From Psammoneis japonica (lineage: Eukaryota), in contig QPGO01000374.1 in assembly GCA_008632985.1 (NCBI GenBank), positions 1-36,687 of the forward strand: a stretch of DNA of 36,687 nt. The letters are read 5' to 3'. Below the pieces are notes generated by a model. It did not search any database, was not told the origin of the DNA, and saw only the letters and a program-made list of their open reading frames with translations. The position numbers were made by a program, and so were the translations under genes. This document shows positions 1 to 9,357 of this stretch, piece after piece. Positions within the stretch are counted from its first letter, which is position 1, and each line of letters starts with the position of its first letter.

Positions 1-493
1 GGCTCTTGCTGGAAGCAACTCAAGACACCACAAATCAGTTGAGAGTCTGTTCCACAAACCACACAGCATTGTTGTTGCTGCCATTGCTGCTGCTGCTGCC
101 CATGCTTGTTGGGGAAGTGCACTGTGTTGCTCATGACAGTGGTTCATTGCCACAGAATCTTTCTGGAGTGGTGCATTTGCTCATGCCCAGTTTCCAGCAG
201 CCATGGCTGTTGCATCAGTGTCACTCATGCACCAACAGCAACAGAGCAACAACAGCAGAGCAACAGCAGCACCATGATGTCCAGCATCAACCTAGCTGTC
301 CATCTGTGAGCTGTCTGTGTGAGGAGCTCTTCACTTTTTGACAGAGCAGCGGTGCTGGAAACAGCTCAAGTTGATGCCTCTGTGTTGCTCCATGGCTCTG
401 CAAGCATTGACAACCACTGGGATGGCTTTTGCTGGCTGTTGTGCTGTGTGGGGCTGCTGTGCTTTGTGTGCACTGCTGTGCTCAGCTGCTTCC
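1..493. repeat. Degenerate dispersed repeat; uninterrupted paralogue of 18688-19113 + 26772-26893
   Basis: Colinear similarity (gcaactcaagacaccacaaa.cagttgagagtctgt ... cactttttgacagag|cagc...tgtgttgctcc) to the two flanks of the second copia; only one TpA seen in the segment. Confidence 0.85.
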
Positions 494-1245
494 TTTGAGC
501 AAGACAAGCTGGTGTGTTCAACTCAGATTGCTGCTGTGTTTGCCAAGAGCACTCTCACACAAAAATCAAGAGGTGTTTGTTTCTGGAGGCTTGTGTCACT
601 GATTGGTGACACAAGGTTCAAAAACTGAAAATGAAAAAAGTGATGAAAAGGTTTTTTGGCCAGCAGCCCCAAACATTTCTGGAGTCCGTGACTGAAATTT
701 TGGCCCCCAACACCTGCAGCAGGCACACATGCCCTGTGTGCTGCAGGCTTGTGCCAATGTGCAACCACAGTCCATCCATTGCATGCAAATGTCCATGTGC
801 TGTTGTTGTTCAAATAAAGAGGGCGGGTGGGGCTGCGCAGGCTTCAACAATTTGTCCTCGTTTCATGTGCATCAGATCAGTTGCGGGCCAGCTTCCCAAC
901 TCCAATGTGATTGCACATCGGCTGCGGGAACTTCAAGTTGTTGCACACCAAGGGTGGAGCTTTTCAACATTTTGATTTTTTTCCTGACACAGCAAACTCA
1001 CAATGATGCTCAACAACCAGCAGCAATGCTCTCAATGGGAGGGATGCAAACATTGTTTGACATTTTGCTTCATCCACAAACTTGTCACACAATGATGTCT
1101 GATGCACAGGCTGCTTTTGACACAAAAAAAAAGGCCAAGAAGACTTGCATTTGCAGCTGGGGCAATGAGCGCCACTTCACATTGTGCACTCAGCACACGT
1201 GCTTGGCACATCTGATGTCCGCAATGTGACCCATCTTGTGAAAGT

Positions 1246-1521
1246 TGACAGGATTTGAATGGGATTTAGGTGCGCGCGAAATGTCGCGCGCTGTTTAGTT
1301 TACCGCGCACAGTTTTGTGTGCTTTAGTTCCGCGCGTTCGCGCGCGATGTAGTTTGCTTTCGAGCCACAAGGCTCACAAGAATAACAACAGCAGCCCGAT
1401 TGTACCGACTTGCACGTCTTTCGGCTCCTGCAACGGTCTCTGAGCGGAGACTCATCTGCTGTTTAGACAGCAGCAAGGAGTCATTGTTTGAATTCTTGCC
1501 ACTTGCCTTCAATTTCTGTCA
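1246..1521 (+). repeat. 5' LTR of copia-1
   Basis: Aligns without gaps to 8080-8355; 23 mismatches by manual alignment, all transitions. Confidence 0.96.
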
Positions 1522-1532
1522 GATTGACAGTC
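1522..1532 (+). promoter_or_regulatory. Putative primer-binding site of copia-1 (GATTGACAGTC)
   Basis: Directly follows the 5' LTR; restoring one TG to TA gives GATTAACAGTC, the reverse complement of a tRNA-Asn(GTT) anticodon-arm sequence GACTGTTAATC. Confidence 0.45.
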
Positions 1533-2462
1533 TTGCTCATTGTCAACCCATTGAGCAACCGCCATCGTCGTCGTTGATTTTACCGACGACGCTATTTCAA
1601 TTCTGCGTGGACCTCCGCATATGTTCTACACACATCGGCAAGTCTGCGCGTGTTCAATGCCAGGGCATCGGCAGGAAGTTAACGTCACCGTCAAGTCTCC
1701 TTGCCGCTGGATGTCTGGATTGATTGTGCCATTTTCATCGCTGCAGACATGCTTCCAACGGTCACATCCAAGTCCATCTTTGATCATCATCCCTTGACAT
1801 GCACATTCAACGGTTGACGGTCAAGAACCCTGCATGTTCAAGTGTCTTCGTCGCTGAAGACACGTGTGCATGCATCCATGTCTTCACGGCCAAGAACTTG
1901 CACCCACTCTTTGGACTGCGGCTTTGCCATCACTCTGCAAGCACGCCGAGTCTATTGCACCTGATCTGCCCCGGACTGCTGGTGCTCTACAGTTCCACCA
2001 GGTCCACGAGGACGACTGTGAGAGCAAGCAGCCGTGATTGCAGCCTACGTTGGGGCGAGGGTGTTTTTTCCCGCGTTTGTTCGTTCGTCCACAGCGCCTG
2101 ACGCCTGCATCAACTGGCCAGCCTGATCGGGAAATCCAACCGACACAAAACAAGAACGGTTCGGGGGTCTTGTCCACCTCTGGTCAGCTCACCTGCAGGG
2201 GTTTACAACCCGCTACTCCGCTCGCAAGCAACCCAAAGTGCCGCCAGCTGCGGGTTCGGACGTGCCGGCACAACTCTGCGGACCGGACAGGAAGCTCAGC
2301 AACCAACTGCCAACGGGATGGCATGACCCGGTGGCTTCTGACTTGCAAGACAGTTCAAGTTTTCAAGTCAAGTTTCAAGTTTTCAAATCAAGTTTCAAGT
2401 TGATGCCAAGTCATTCCAAGTCCACCCTCCAACTCTAGTTCCGGCACCCAATCAGTTCCACC

Positions 2463-5400
2463 ATGGTTCTCACTCGTCAGCAACAAACCGATGGTTTCGA
2501 GCACGTTGTTGGAACCGTGCTTGCTCAAGGTGCTGGGAGCCCTCTTCGTTTGGCTTTGATCCAAGACGGCACAGACTCGCATCAAGAACTGTTCACGTTC
2601 ATGCCGTCCCAAATCGACTCGCTTGAGCATGACAACAGCACTGGTGTGATCCCTTTGCCCCGCGGTTACAAGAACATGTCAGCAGCTCTCATCAGTCTGT
2701 GCATTGTCAAAGCACACGAAGGTCTTGATGTTGCCAATGACTCCTCGTTGTTCACGCATGGCGAGTTCCTCGCCTGCCGCCTCAGCCCCGACTGCATGTC
2801 TTCTGTGTCCGTCGGCAGCTCACCCCTCGCACCTCCGCATGTCACCAACCCGACCAAGGCACGCGACCCGGTGCGAGACTTCAAACGAGGCATCAAGCGT
2901 GACCCCACTGCTTTCACGGCTCTCAAATCTGACAAGCAGTGGCACACTTGGCACACCTCACTTGTGGCACAAGCCCGTGCCCAAGACGTCGAGTGCATTC
3001 TAGACTCATCGTACAAACCGACCAGTCCTGAAGACAAACTGCTCTTTGCTGAACAGCAAAAGTGCATGTTCGCCGTCTTCGAACGCATCCTTCTCACCGA
3101 CAAGGGCAAGGCTCTCATTCGCGAAAATGTGGGGTCTTCTGACGCCTGGACCATCTGCCGCGCCTTGTCTGAGCATGCGCTCGCCTCCACCCGCGCATCT
3201 GTCGAGTCTTCCACTTTGCCAACGCACCTTGCCACCGCACGTCTTGGTGATGGCACTTGGAAAGGCCCGACCCACGGGTTCATCCTTCATTGGCAAGATC
3301 AGTTGTGCAAGTGCGAGGCACTCATCCCGGCCAGTGACCACTTCTCTGAAGGACAGAAGCGCGTCATGCTTGAGAATGCCATGCACCCTGTCGAGGAACT
3401 CCGTGCTGTCAAGAACCAAGCTGATCAGCATCGTACGCAGAGTGGCAAGAGCCTCACATGCGATCAACACTGTGGCTTGCTCCTCTCCGCGGCAGCTCAG
3501 TGCGACAGCACGTTTCAACCCAAGACGACACCTCGAGCTCCCCGACGCGCCACACACGCACACGATGTCTGCTCCGAGGAACCGTCCGACGATGTGTTCT
3601 ACGACATTGACAGTGACATTGACGTCCTTCAGGCTCACGCTGCCTGCACCCGCGGTCCCAGCCTCGCCGGTGACCAATGGCATCATCTCCCTCCCGACCA
3701 CCAACGGATTTGGGATTCGTTGCCTGATTCCTCCAAGGCGATCATCCTCGCGCATTCTCGCCCGCCTCCTCGCAACCCGCGCGCCAGCAACTGCCATGAG
3801 TGCGTTGAGATCAACCTTCACGACCAACGACTTGGGAGTGATGGTGATGTCAACTTGTCCAACACGACTCCTGCTGCCTCTGGTGACCCCGCCCCAAATG
3901 TGGATGCCACACCAGATAATCCCATTCTGGCGCACCTCACCAAGCGCAAGCCATTGCCTCCCGGTGATCTGCAATGCCTCTTGTCCCCCAACCAAGCCCC
4001 CAGCGCTAGTCGATCGGGCCCATCCGCCGCTCCCTCTACCTCGTCAGCTCCCACAGATGACACAGAACTCAACGGCCGTACCTGCCGCCGCGTCAACAAC
4101 CACAACGTCATTCACTCTGCCTCCACTCATCGCTCCACACGCACCGGTGCTCTAGTCGATCGTGGAGCCAACGGCGGCATTGCTGGCGACGACGTTCGCG
4201 TCATTGCACGCACCTCTCGCCAAGTCGACGTTCAGGGCATTGACGACCACCAATTGGTGGACATCCCCATTGTCACTGCTGGTGCCGTCATTGAGACACA
4301 GCGTGGTCCCGTTGTCGCCATTCTCCATCAGCACGCGTGCACTGGAAAGGGCAAGACCATCCATTCCTGCGGTCAGCTAGAATGGCACAAACACGATGTC
4401 AACGATCGCTCTGTCAAGGTGCCCAACGGCCTGCAGCGTGTCACCACCCCTGACGGCTACGTCATCCCAATCGACATCAAGGGTGGCCTGCCTTGTGTTG
4501 CCATGCGGCCCCACACTGACGACGAATGGGACACCCTGCCACATGTCATCCTCACTGGTGATGACACATGGGATCCTTCCGTCCTCGACCACTCTGTCAC
4601 TGACGACGACCAATGGCATGACGTGATCTGTGACCTGCAGGACGATCCCACTGCCAACCCATTTGACGAGTGCGGCAACTGCCGTCACCGTGTCGTTGTC
4701 AACCAGGCCATCATGTCCGCCTCCTTGTCCCCCGATCACGCGTCCGCCCTCGATGACCACCTCATTCCAACTGAGGACGTGTTCTGCGAATGCCACTTGC
4801 ACGCAATTGACCCCACGGACGACGATGTCCTGCCTCCGGAGCGCAATGTGCAGCCCAAGGACCCCCCTTACGAGTCCCTTCGGCCCTGCTTTGGTTTCCA
4901 ACCTGCCGACACGGTTCGCCGCACCTTCGACTGCACCACGCAATGCGCCCGCATGCCCGCCGGTGCGCACCTTCGGAAGGCCCATAAATTGCCCAACCCC
5001 GCCCTTAATGTGCACCGTCGCAACGAGCCCATCGCCACTGACACCGTTTGTGCTGACACCCCGGCTGTCGACTCTGGTTGCACCAGTGCCCAACTGTTTG
5101 TTGGCACCGAGTCTACCGTCACTGACGTCTACGGCACCAAAACCGACAAAGAATTTGTCAATGCACTCGAGGACCAAATCCGCGAGCGTGGTGCTCCATC
5201 CAAACTCATCAGCGACCGTGCTCAGGTTGAGATCAGCAACAAGGTGCTCGGGATCCTACGAGCCCTCTTCATCTCCAGCTGGCAAAGTGAGCCTCACCAG
5301 CAACACCAAAACTTTGCCGAGCGTCGATGCCAGACCGTGAAGCACATGGCGAACACTGTCATGGATCGTTTTGGTTCGCCCGCCCACACATGGCTGCTGG

Positions 5401-8132
5401 CGCTCATGTGTGTGTGCTTCACACTCAACCACACAGCGTCCCCACGTCTCCACTGGTGCACGCCCCTCGAGACTCTCACTGGCTCCACCCCGGACATCAG
5501 CCCATTGCTCCGCTTTCACTGGTGGGAACCCGTGTGCTTCCACCTCGATGACTCCGATTGGCCGTCCGAATCCCGTGAGTTGCGCGGACGCTTTGTTGGC
5601 ATTGCTGAGCACGTCGGCCACCAGATGACCTTCAAGATTCTCTCTGACGAGACTCAGAAGATTCTCTGCCGGTCCAACGTACGCTCCGCTGCCACCGATC
5701 CTGCCGTTCAAAACCTGCGCCTTGATCCTCCTGATGGGGAGCCACCTGAACCCATCATCAAATCTCGCCATGACGACAATCCCGTCAATTCCCCTGATGG
5801 GGAGATCAGGACACCCAAGATGCCAGTTTTCGATCCGCAGGACATCATTGGACGCACCTTCCTCATGCAGCCACAAGAGGACGGACAACGCCACAGAGCT
5901 CGCATCGTCAAGGCCATTGAAGATCATGAATGGAAAGTGAACGGCAATCCTGAGCTCACTAAATTCGTCTGCTCTGTCAACAACGACGAATGCGAGGAAG
6001 TCCTTGCTCACAACGACATCATGAATCACATCAAGCAAGAGGACGAAGACACTGCTGTTTGGAAATTTCGACGCATCGTGTCACACGAAGGACCCCTGAA
6101 GCCCCATGACCCAACCTGGAAAGGCTCAAGCTACAACATCATGCTTGAATGGGAAAGTGGGGAGATCACGTCCGAGCCTCTTGCCATCATCGCCAAGGAC
6201 AACCCTGTCACCTGCGCCATCCATGCGCGAGAGAACGGACTTCTCGACACTGATGGTTGGAAACGGTTCCGCACCATCGCGAGGCGTCAGAAGAAGCCAC
6301 TCCGCATGGCCAACCAAGCCAAGCTTCGCTCCTTCCGCACTGCACCTCGCTACAAGCACGGATGCGAAGTTCCCCGGAACTGCAAACACGCCATGTCCCT
6401 AGACGAACGCAACGGCAACCGCAAATGGGGAGACGCAACCAATCTCGAGATGGACCAACTCGATGATTACGAAGTCTTTCATGACTGCGGGCCCTCCGAG
6501 TCTTCCACTCCTCCTGCGGGACACAAGAGGATCCGAGTGCACCTGGTGCACGACGTGAAGCACGACGGTCGCCACAAGGCACGACTCGTAGCCGATGGAC
6601 ACCTCACGGACGTACCTGTCGACAGTGTGTGCTCTGGAGCAGTCTCCTTTTGTGGCCTTCGGCTGATGATTTTCCTGGCTGAACTCAACGAGTTGGAGAC
6701 ATGGGCCACCGACATTGGCAATGCCCACCTTGAGGCCACCACCAAGGATAAGCTGTACATTGTAGCTGGACCCGAATTTGGCAAACTCGAGGGCCACATT
6801 CTAGTCATCTACAAAGCCCTGTGTGGACTGCGCAGCTCCGGCCTCCGCTGGCACGAGCGCTTTGCCGACTGCCTGCGAGCTGAAGGTTTCTTCCCCTGTC
6901 GTGCGGAACCCGACATTTGGATGCGCAGGAACGGCGACCACTACGAACATGTTGCCGTTTATGTCGATGATCTCGCCATTGCCATGAAGGATCCTCAATC
7001 CTTCGTCGACACTCTCACGGAAAAGCACAAGTTCAAGCTCAAGGGCACGGGACCGATTGAGTTCCATCCAGGCTGCGACTTTTCCCGGGATCCTGACGGC
7101 ACCTTGTGCTTGTCTCCGCGCAAGTACATTGAACGCATGGTCGACAGTTGCGCACGACTGTTTGGGGAGAAACCTGCCACCAATGCCCTGTCACCCCTGG
7201 AGAAGGGTGACCACCCCGAACTGGACACATCCGAACTGCTGGGGCCCAATGGCGTTCAACAGTTCCAGTCTCTTGTTGGTTCCCTCCAATGGGCAGTGTC
7301 TCTTGGTCGCATTGACATCACCACAGCCGTCATGTCACTCTCTAGCTTCCGAGCTGCACCCCGTCAAGGCCACTTGGATCGTGCCAAACGCGTCTGTGGG
7401 TGCCTCTCCAAGATGCGACATGGCGCTCTCCGCGTTCGCACGGAAGAGCCCGACTGTTCGGATCTCCCTGCACCGGCCCATGAATGGATGCATTCCGTGT
7501 ACGGCGAAGCGGAGGAGATGATCCCGAAGGACGCTCCACCGCCCCTTGGCAAGTTCGTCACTGCCACCCACTGCGTCGATGCAAACCTGCATCATTGCAT
7601 GCTCACCGGACGCTCCGTCATGGGAATGCTCCACTTCCTCAACAAATTCCCGGCTGATTGGTTCTCTAAGAAGCAAGCCACTGTGGAGACTGCAACCCAC
7701 GGGTCTGAATTTGTTGCCGCCAGGACGTGTGTCGAGTGGATTGTTGACCTCCGCATTGCCCTGCGTCACCTCGGCGTCCCAGCCCGTGACATCAGTTGCA
7801 TGTTCGGTGACAACAAGTCGGTTGTGGACAGTGCCACCATCCCGCACTCCAAGTTACACAAGCGACACACCGCTCCATTGTTCCATCGTGTGCGTGAAGC
7901 GATTGCCTCTGGTTGCCTTGAGCTCCACTTCATTGAAGGCTCCCGCAACCCTGCTGACATTCTCAGCAAGCATTGGGGTTGCTCCCAAGTCTGGGACCTT
8001 CTCCGCCCCCTCATGTTTTGGAACTTCATTCCATCCGAAGTCGAATCTGTTTCTGTGACTCCTCAAGCAAACTGGGGAGTGACAGGATTTGAGTGGGATT
8101 TGGGTGCACGCGAAATGTCGCGCGCTGTTTAG
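2463..8132 (+). CDS. Copia gag-pol polyprotein, 1889 aa; open but hypermutated and probably non-functional
   Basis: Gag (DFKRGIKRD), protease LVDRGANGG (~4152), integrase D..D..E (DTVCADT, SDRAQ, AERR), RT (DVKHDGRHKARLVA, KALCGL, YVDD at 6960), RNase H (VDANL, GSEF, GDN, ADILSK). Many normally conserved Tyr read as Cys/His. Confidence 0.93.
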   Translation: MVLTRQQQTDGFEHVVGTVLAQGAGSPLRLALIQDGTDSHQELFTFMPSQIDSLEHDNSTGVIPLPRGYKNMSAALISLCIVKAHEGLDVANDSSLFTHGEFLACRLSPDCMSSVSVGSSPLAPPHVTNPTKARDPVRDFKRGIKRDPTAFTALKSDKQWHTWHTSLVAQARAQDVECILDSSYKPTSPEDKLLFAEQQKCMFAVFERILLTDKGKALIRENVGSSDAWTICRALSEHALASTRASVESSTLPTHLATARLGDGTWKGPTHGFILHWQDQLCKCEALIPASDHFSEGQKRVMLENAMHPVEELRAVKNQADQHRTQSGKSLTCDQHCGLLLSAAAQCDSTFQPKTTPRAPRRATHAHDVCSEEPSDDVFYDIDSDIDVLQAHAACTRGPSLAGDQWHHLPPDHQRIWDSLPDSSKAIILAHSRPPPRNPRASNCHECVEINLHDQRLGSDGDVNLSNTTPAASGDPAPNVDATPDNPILAHLTKRKPLPPGDLQCLLSPNQAPSASRSGPSAAPSTSSAPTDDTELNGRTCRRVNNHNVIHSASTHRSTRTGALVDRGANGGIAGDDVRVIARTSRQVDVQGIDDHQLVDIPIVTAGAVIETQRGPVVAILHQHACTGKGKTIHSCGQLEWHKHDVNDRSVKVPNGLQRVTTPDGYVIPIDIKGGLPCVAMRPHTDDEWDTLPHVILTGDDTWDPSVLDHSVTDDDQWHDVICDLQDDPTANPFDECGNCRHRVVVNQAIMSASLSPDHASALDDHLIPTEDVFCECHLHAIDPTDDDVLPPERNVQPKDPPYESLRPCFGFQPADTVRRTFDCTTQCARMPAGAHLRKAHKLPNPALNVHRRNEPIATDTVCADTPAVDSGCTSAQLFVGTESTVTDVYGTKTDKEFVNALEDQIRERGAPSKLISDRAQVEISNKVLGILRALFISSWQSEPHQQHQNFAERRCQTVKHMANTVMDRFGSPAHTWLLALMCVCFTLNHTASPRLHWCTPLETLTGSTPDISPLLRFHWWEPVCFHLDDSDWPSESRELRGRFVGIAEHVGHQMTFKILSDETQKILCRSNVRSAATDPAVQNLRLDPPDGEPPEPIIKSRHDDNPVNSPDGEIRTPKMPVFDPQDIIGRTFLMQPQEDGQRHRARIVKAIEDHEWKVNGNPELTKFVCSVNNDECEEVLAHNDIMNHIKQEDEDTAVWKFRRIVSHEGPLKPHDPTWKGSSYNIMLEWESGEITSEPLAIIAKDNPVTCAIHARENGLLDTDGWKRFRTIARRQKKPLRMANQAKLRSFRTAPRYKHGCEVPRNCKHAMSLDERNGNRKWGDATNLEMDQLDDYEVFHDCGPSESSTPPAGHKRIRVHLVHDVKHDGRHKARLVADGHLTDVPVDSVCSGAVSFCGLRLMIFLAELNELETWATDIGNAHLEATTKDKLYIVAGPEFGKLEGHILVIYKALCGLRSSGLRWHERFADCLRAEGFFPCRAEPDIWMRRNGDHYEHVAVYVDDLAIAMKDPQSFVDTLTEKHKFKLKGTGPIEFHPGCDFSRDPDGTLCLSPRKYIERMVDSCARLFGEKPATNALSPLEKGDHPELDTSELLGPNGVQQFQSLVGSLQWAVSLGRIDITTAVMSLSSFRAAPRQGHLDRAKRVCGCLSKMRHGALRVRTEEPDCSDLPAPAHEWMHSVYGEAEEMIPKDAPPPLGKFVTATHCVDANLHHCMLTGRSVMGMLHFLNKFPADWFSKKQATVETATHGSEFVAARTCVEWIVDLRIALRHLGVPARDISCMFGDNKSVVDSATIPHSKLHKRHTAPLFHRVREAIASGCLELHFIEGSRNPADILSKHWGCSQVWDLLRPLMFWNFIPSEVESVSVTPQANWGVTGFEWDLGAREMSRAV
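8074..8079 (+). promoter_or_regulatory. Polypurine tract of copia-1
   Basis: GGGGAG immediately upstream of the 3' LTR TG. Confidence 0.7.
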
Positions 8133-8355
8133 TTTGCCGCGCACAGTTTTGTGTGCTTCAGTTCCACGCATTCGCGCGCGATGTGGTTTGCTTTCGAGCC
8201 ACAAGGCTCACAAGAATGACAACAGCAGCCCGACCACACCGACTTGCATGTCTTTCAGCTCCTGTGACGGTCTCTGAGCAGAGACTCATCTGCCATTTAG
8301 ACAGCAGCAAGGAGTTGTTGTTTGAATTCTTGCCATTTGCCTTCAATTTCTGTCA
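8080..8355 (+). repeat. 3' LTR of copia-1
   Basis: Direct repeat of 1246-1521, followed by TSD AAAGT. Confidence 0.96.
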
Positions 8356-9020
8356 AAAGTCATGCAAGGAGACAAGAATGGTCCACTCCAACATTGTGTT
8401 GAGAATCACCCCCCAACCTTGACAGAGCAGATTGCAGGGAACAGCACAAAGTGCTGGCTCACCACTGGCCTCTTGAGCTCATGCGACGCAACCATGAAAA
8501 AGATGGCAAGGTGGTCACAAGCAAGTTCTGGGCAGAGATTGACAAAGTGGAAGCAGAATCACATGATTGCTCAATGGCCAAAGACTGCAACTGTTCTGAA
8601 GAGAATGCTGGTGCAAGAAGCACCAACCTGCCAGTGCACCGTGGATTTGGGGAAGACGACTCTTCACTGTGTCGGTGGTGTCAACAATGATGAGTTCAAA
8701 TGAAGACTGTTCACATGCCAAGGAATTGCAAACACATGCAGTCACAAAACAAACACAGCAGGAGAACAAAACAGCCTTCTTTTCCTTTTGTTGCTTGTGG
8801 GGGTTGTTCTGTTGAGATCTCAGTGGAAAAACTCCACACAGCTCCTCTGACAGCGACACTTTGAAACCAAAAGCAGGTTGGAGGAGTTCACCCAGGCTTT
8901 AGGTGCCACCTCTTAGAACAGGGCCTGTCTGTCCTGTTGTTTAAAATTACATTCATGGCTTTTACTTCATTCTCCAAGCATTCTCGCGAAAAAAAGAGCA
9001 TGCCGAGTCGACTGGTGTCT

Positions 9021-9103
9021 GTCTACCGTCTACCGTCTACCGTACCGGTGTGTACTGTGCGCAGCATCTACCGGTACCGGCATGCGTCGACCGTACTGTA
9101 CCG
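9021..9103. repeat. TACCG/GTAC-rich low-complexity tract upstream of the island gene
   Basis: (GTCTACC)x3 followed by TACCGG, CCGGTACCGG and GTACTGTACCG; ~250 bp upstream of ATG 9358. Confidence 0.6.
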
Positions 9104-9357
9104 CGCGCTTCGCAAATAGGCGCACGTCCGGAATATCCAGAAACTGCGTAGAATCCAGCGTAGAATCAGTATTAATACCAGGGATGTCAAAAAATGACGA
9201 AATTCCGGATTTGCTTCTTTTTTGGCATTTCTACTGGGGCCCCGGAACTGCTTCTACGTTGCGGGATAGCATTGCTCATGCACTTGCAAAAAAGCGTTGT
9301 TGCTGTTTGCTCGTTTTGTGTTACAAGTATTGTTGTTTTATATTACACAGAACTACA

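Larger units (their letters stand above)
1246..8355 (+). mobile_element. Full-length Ty1/copia LTR retrotransposon (CoDi-like), copia-1
   Basis: Two 276-bp LTRs with TGACAG...CTGTCA termini; perfect 5-bp TSD AAAGT at 1241-1245 and 8356-8360; single ORF with gag-PR-IN-RT-RH order; purine tract before the 3' LTR. Confidence 0.97.

Noticed and set aside
1246..8355. ADAR-type RNA editing or classical RIP as the cause
   Set aside because: Both A->G and T->C occur on the same strand, the two LTRs are hit independently and non-retro repeats are affected; RIP would create TpA rather than remove it.
9082..9357. N-terminal extension of the 482-aa ORF
   Set aside because: Runs through a low-complexity, promoter/UTR-like tract; ATG 9358 is more plausible, though an upstream exon is not excluded.
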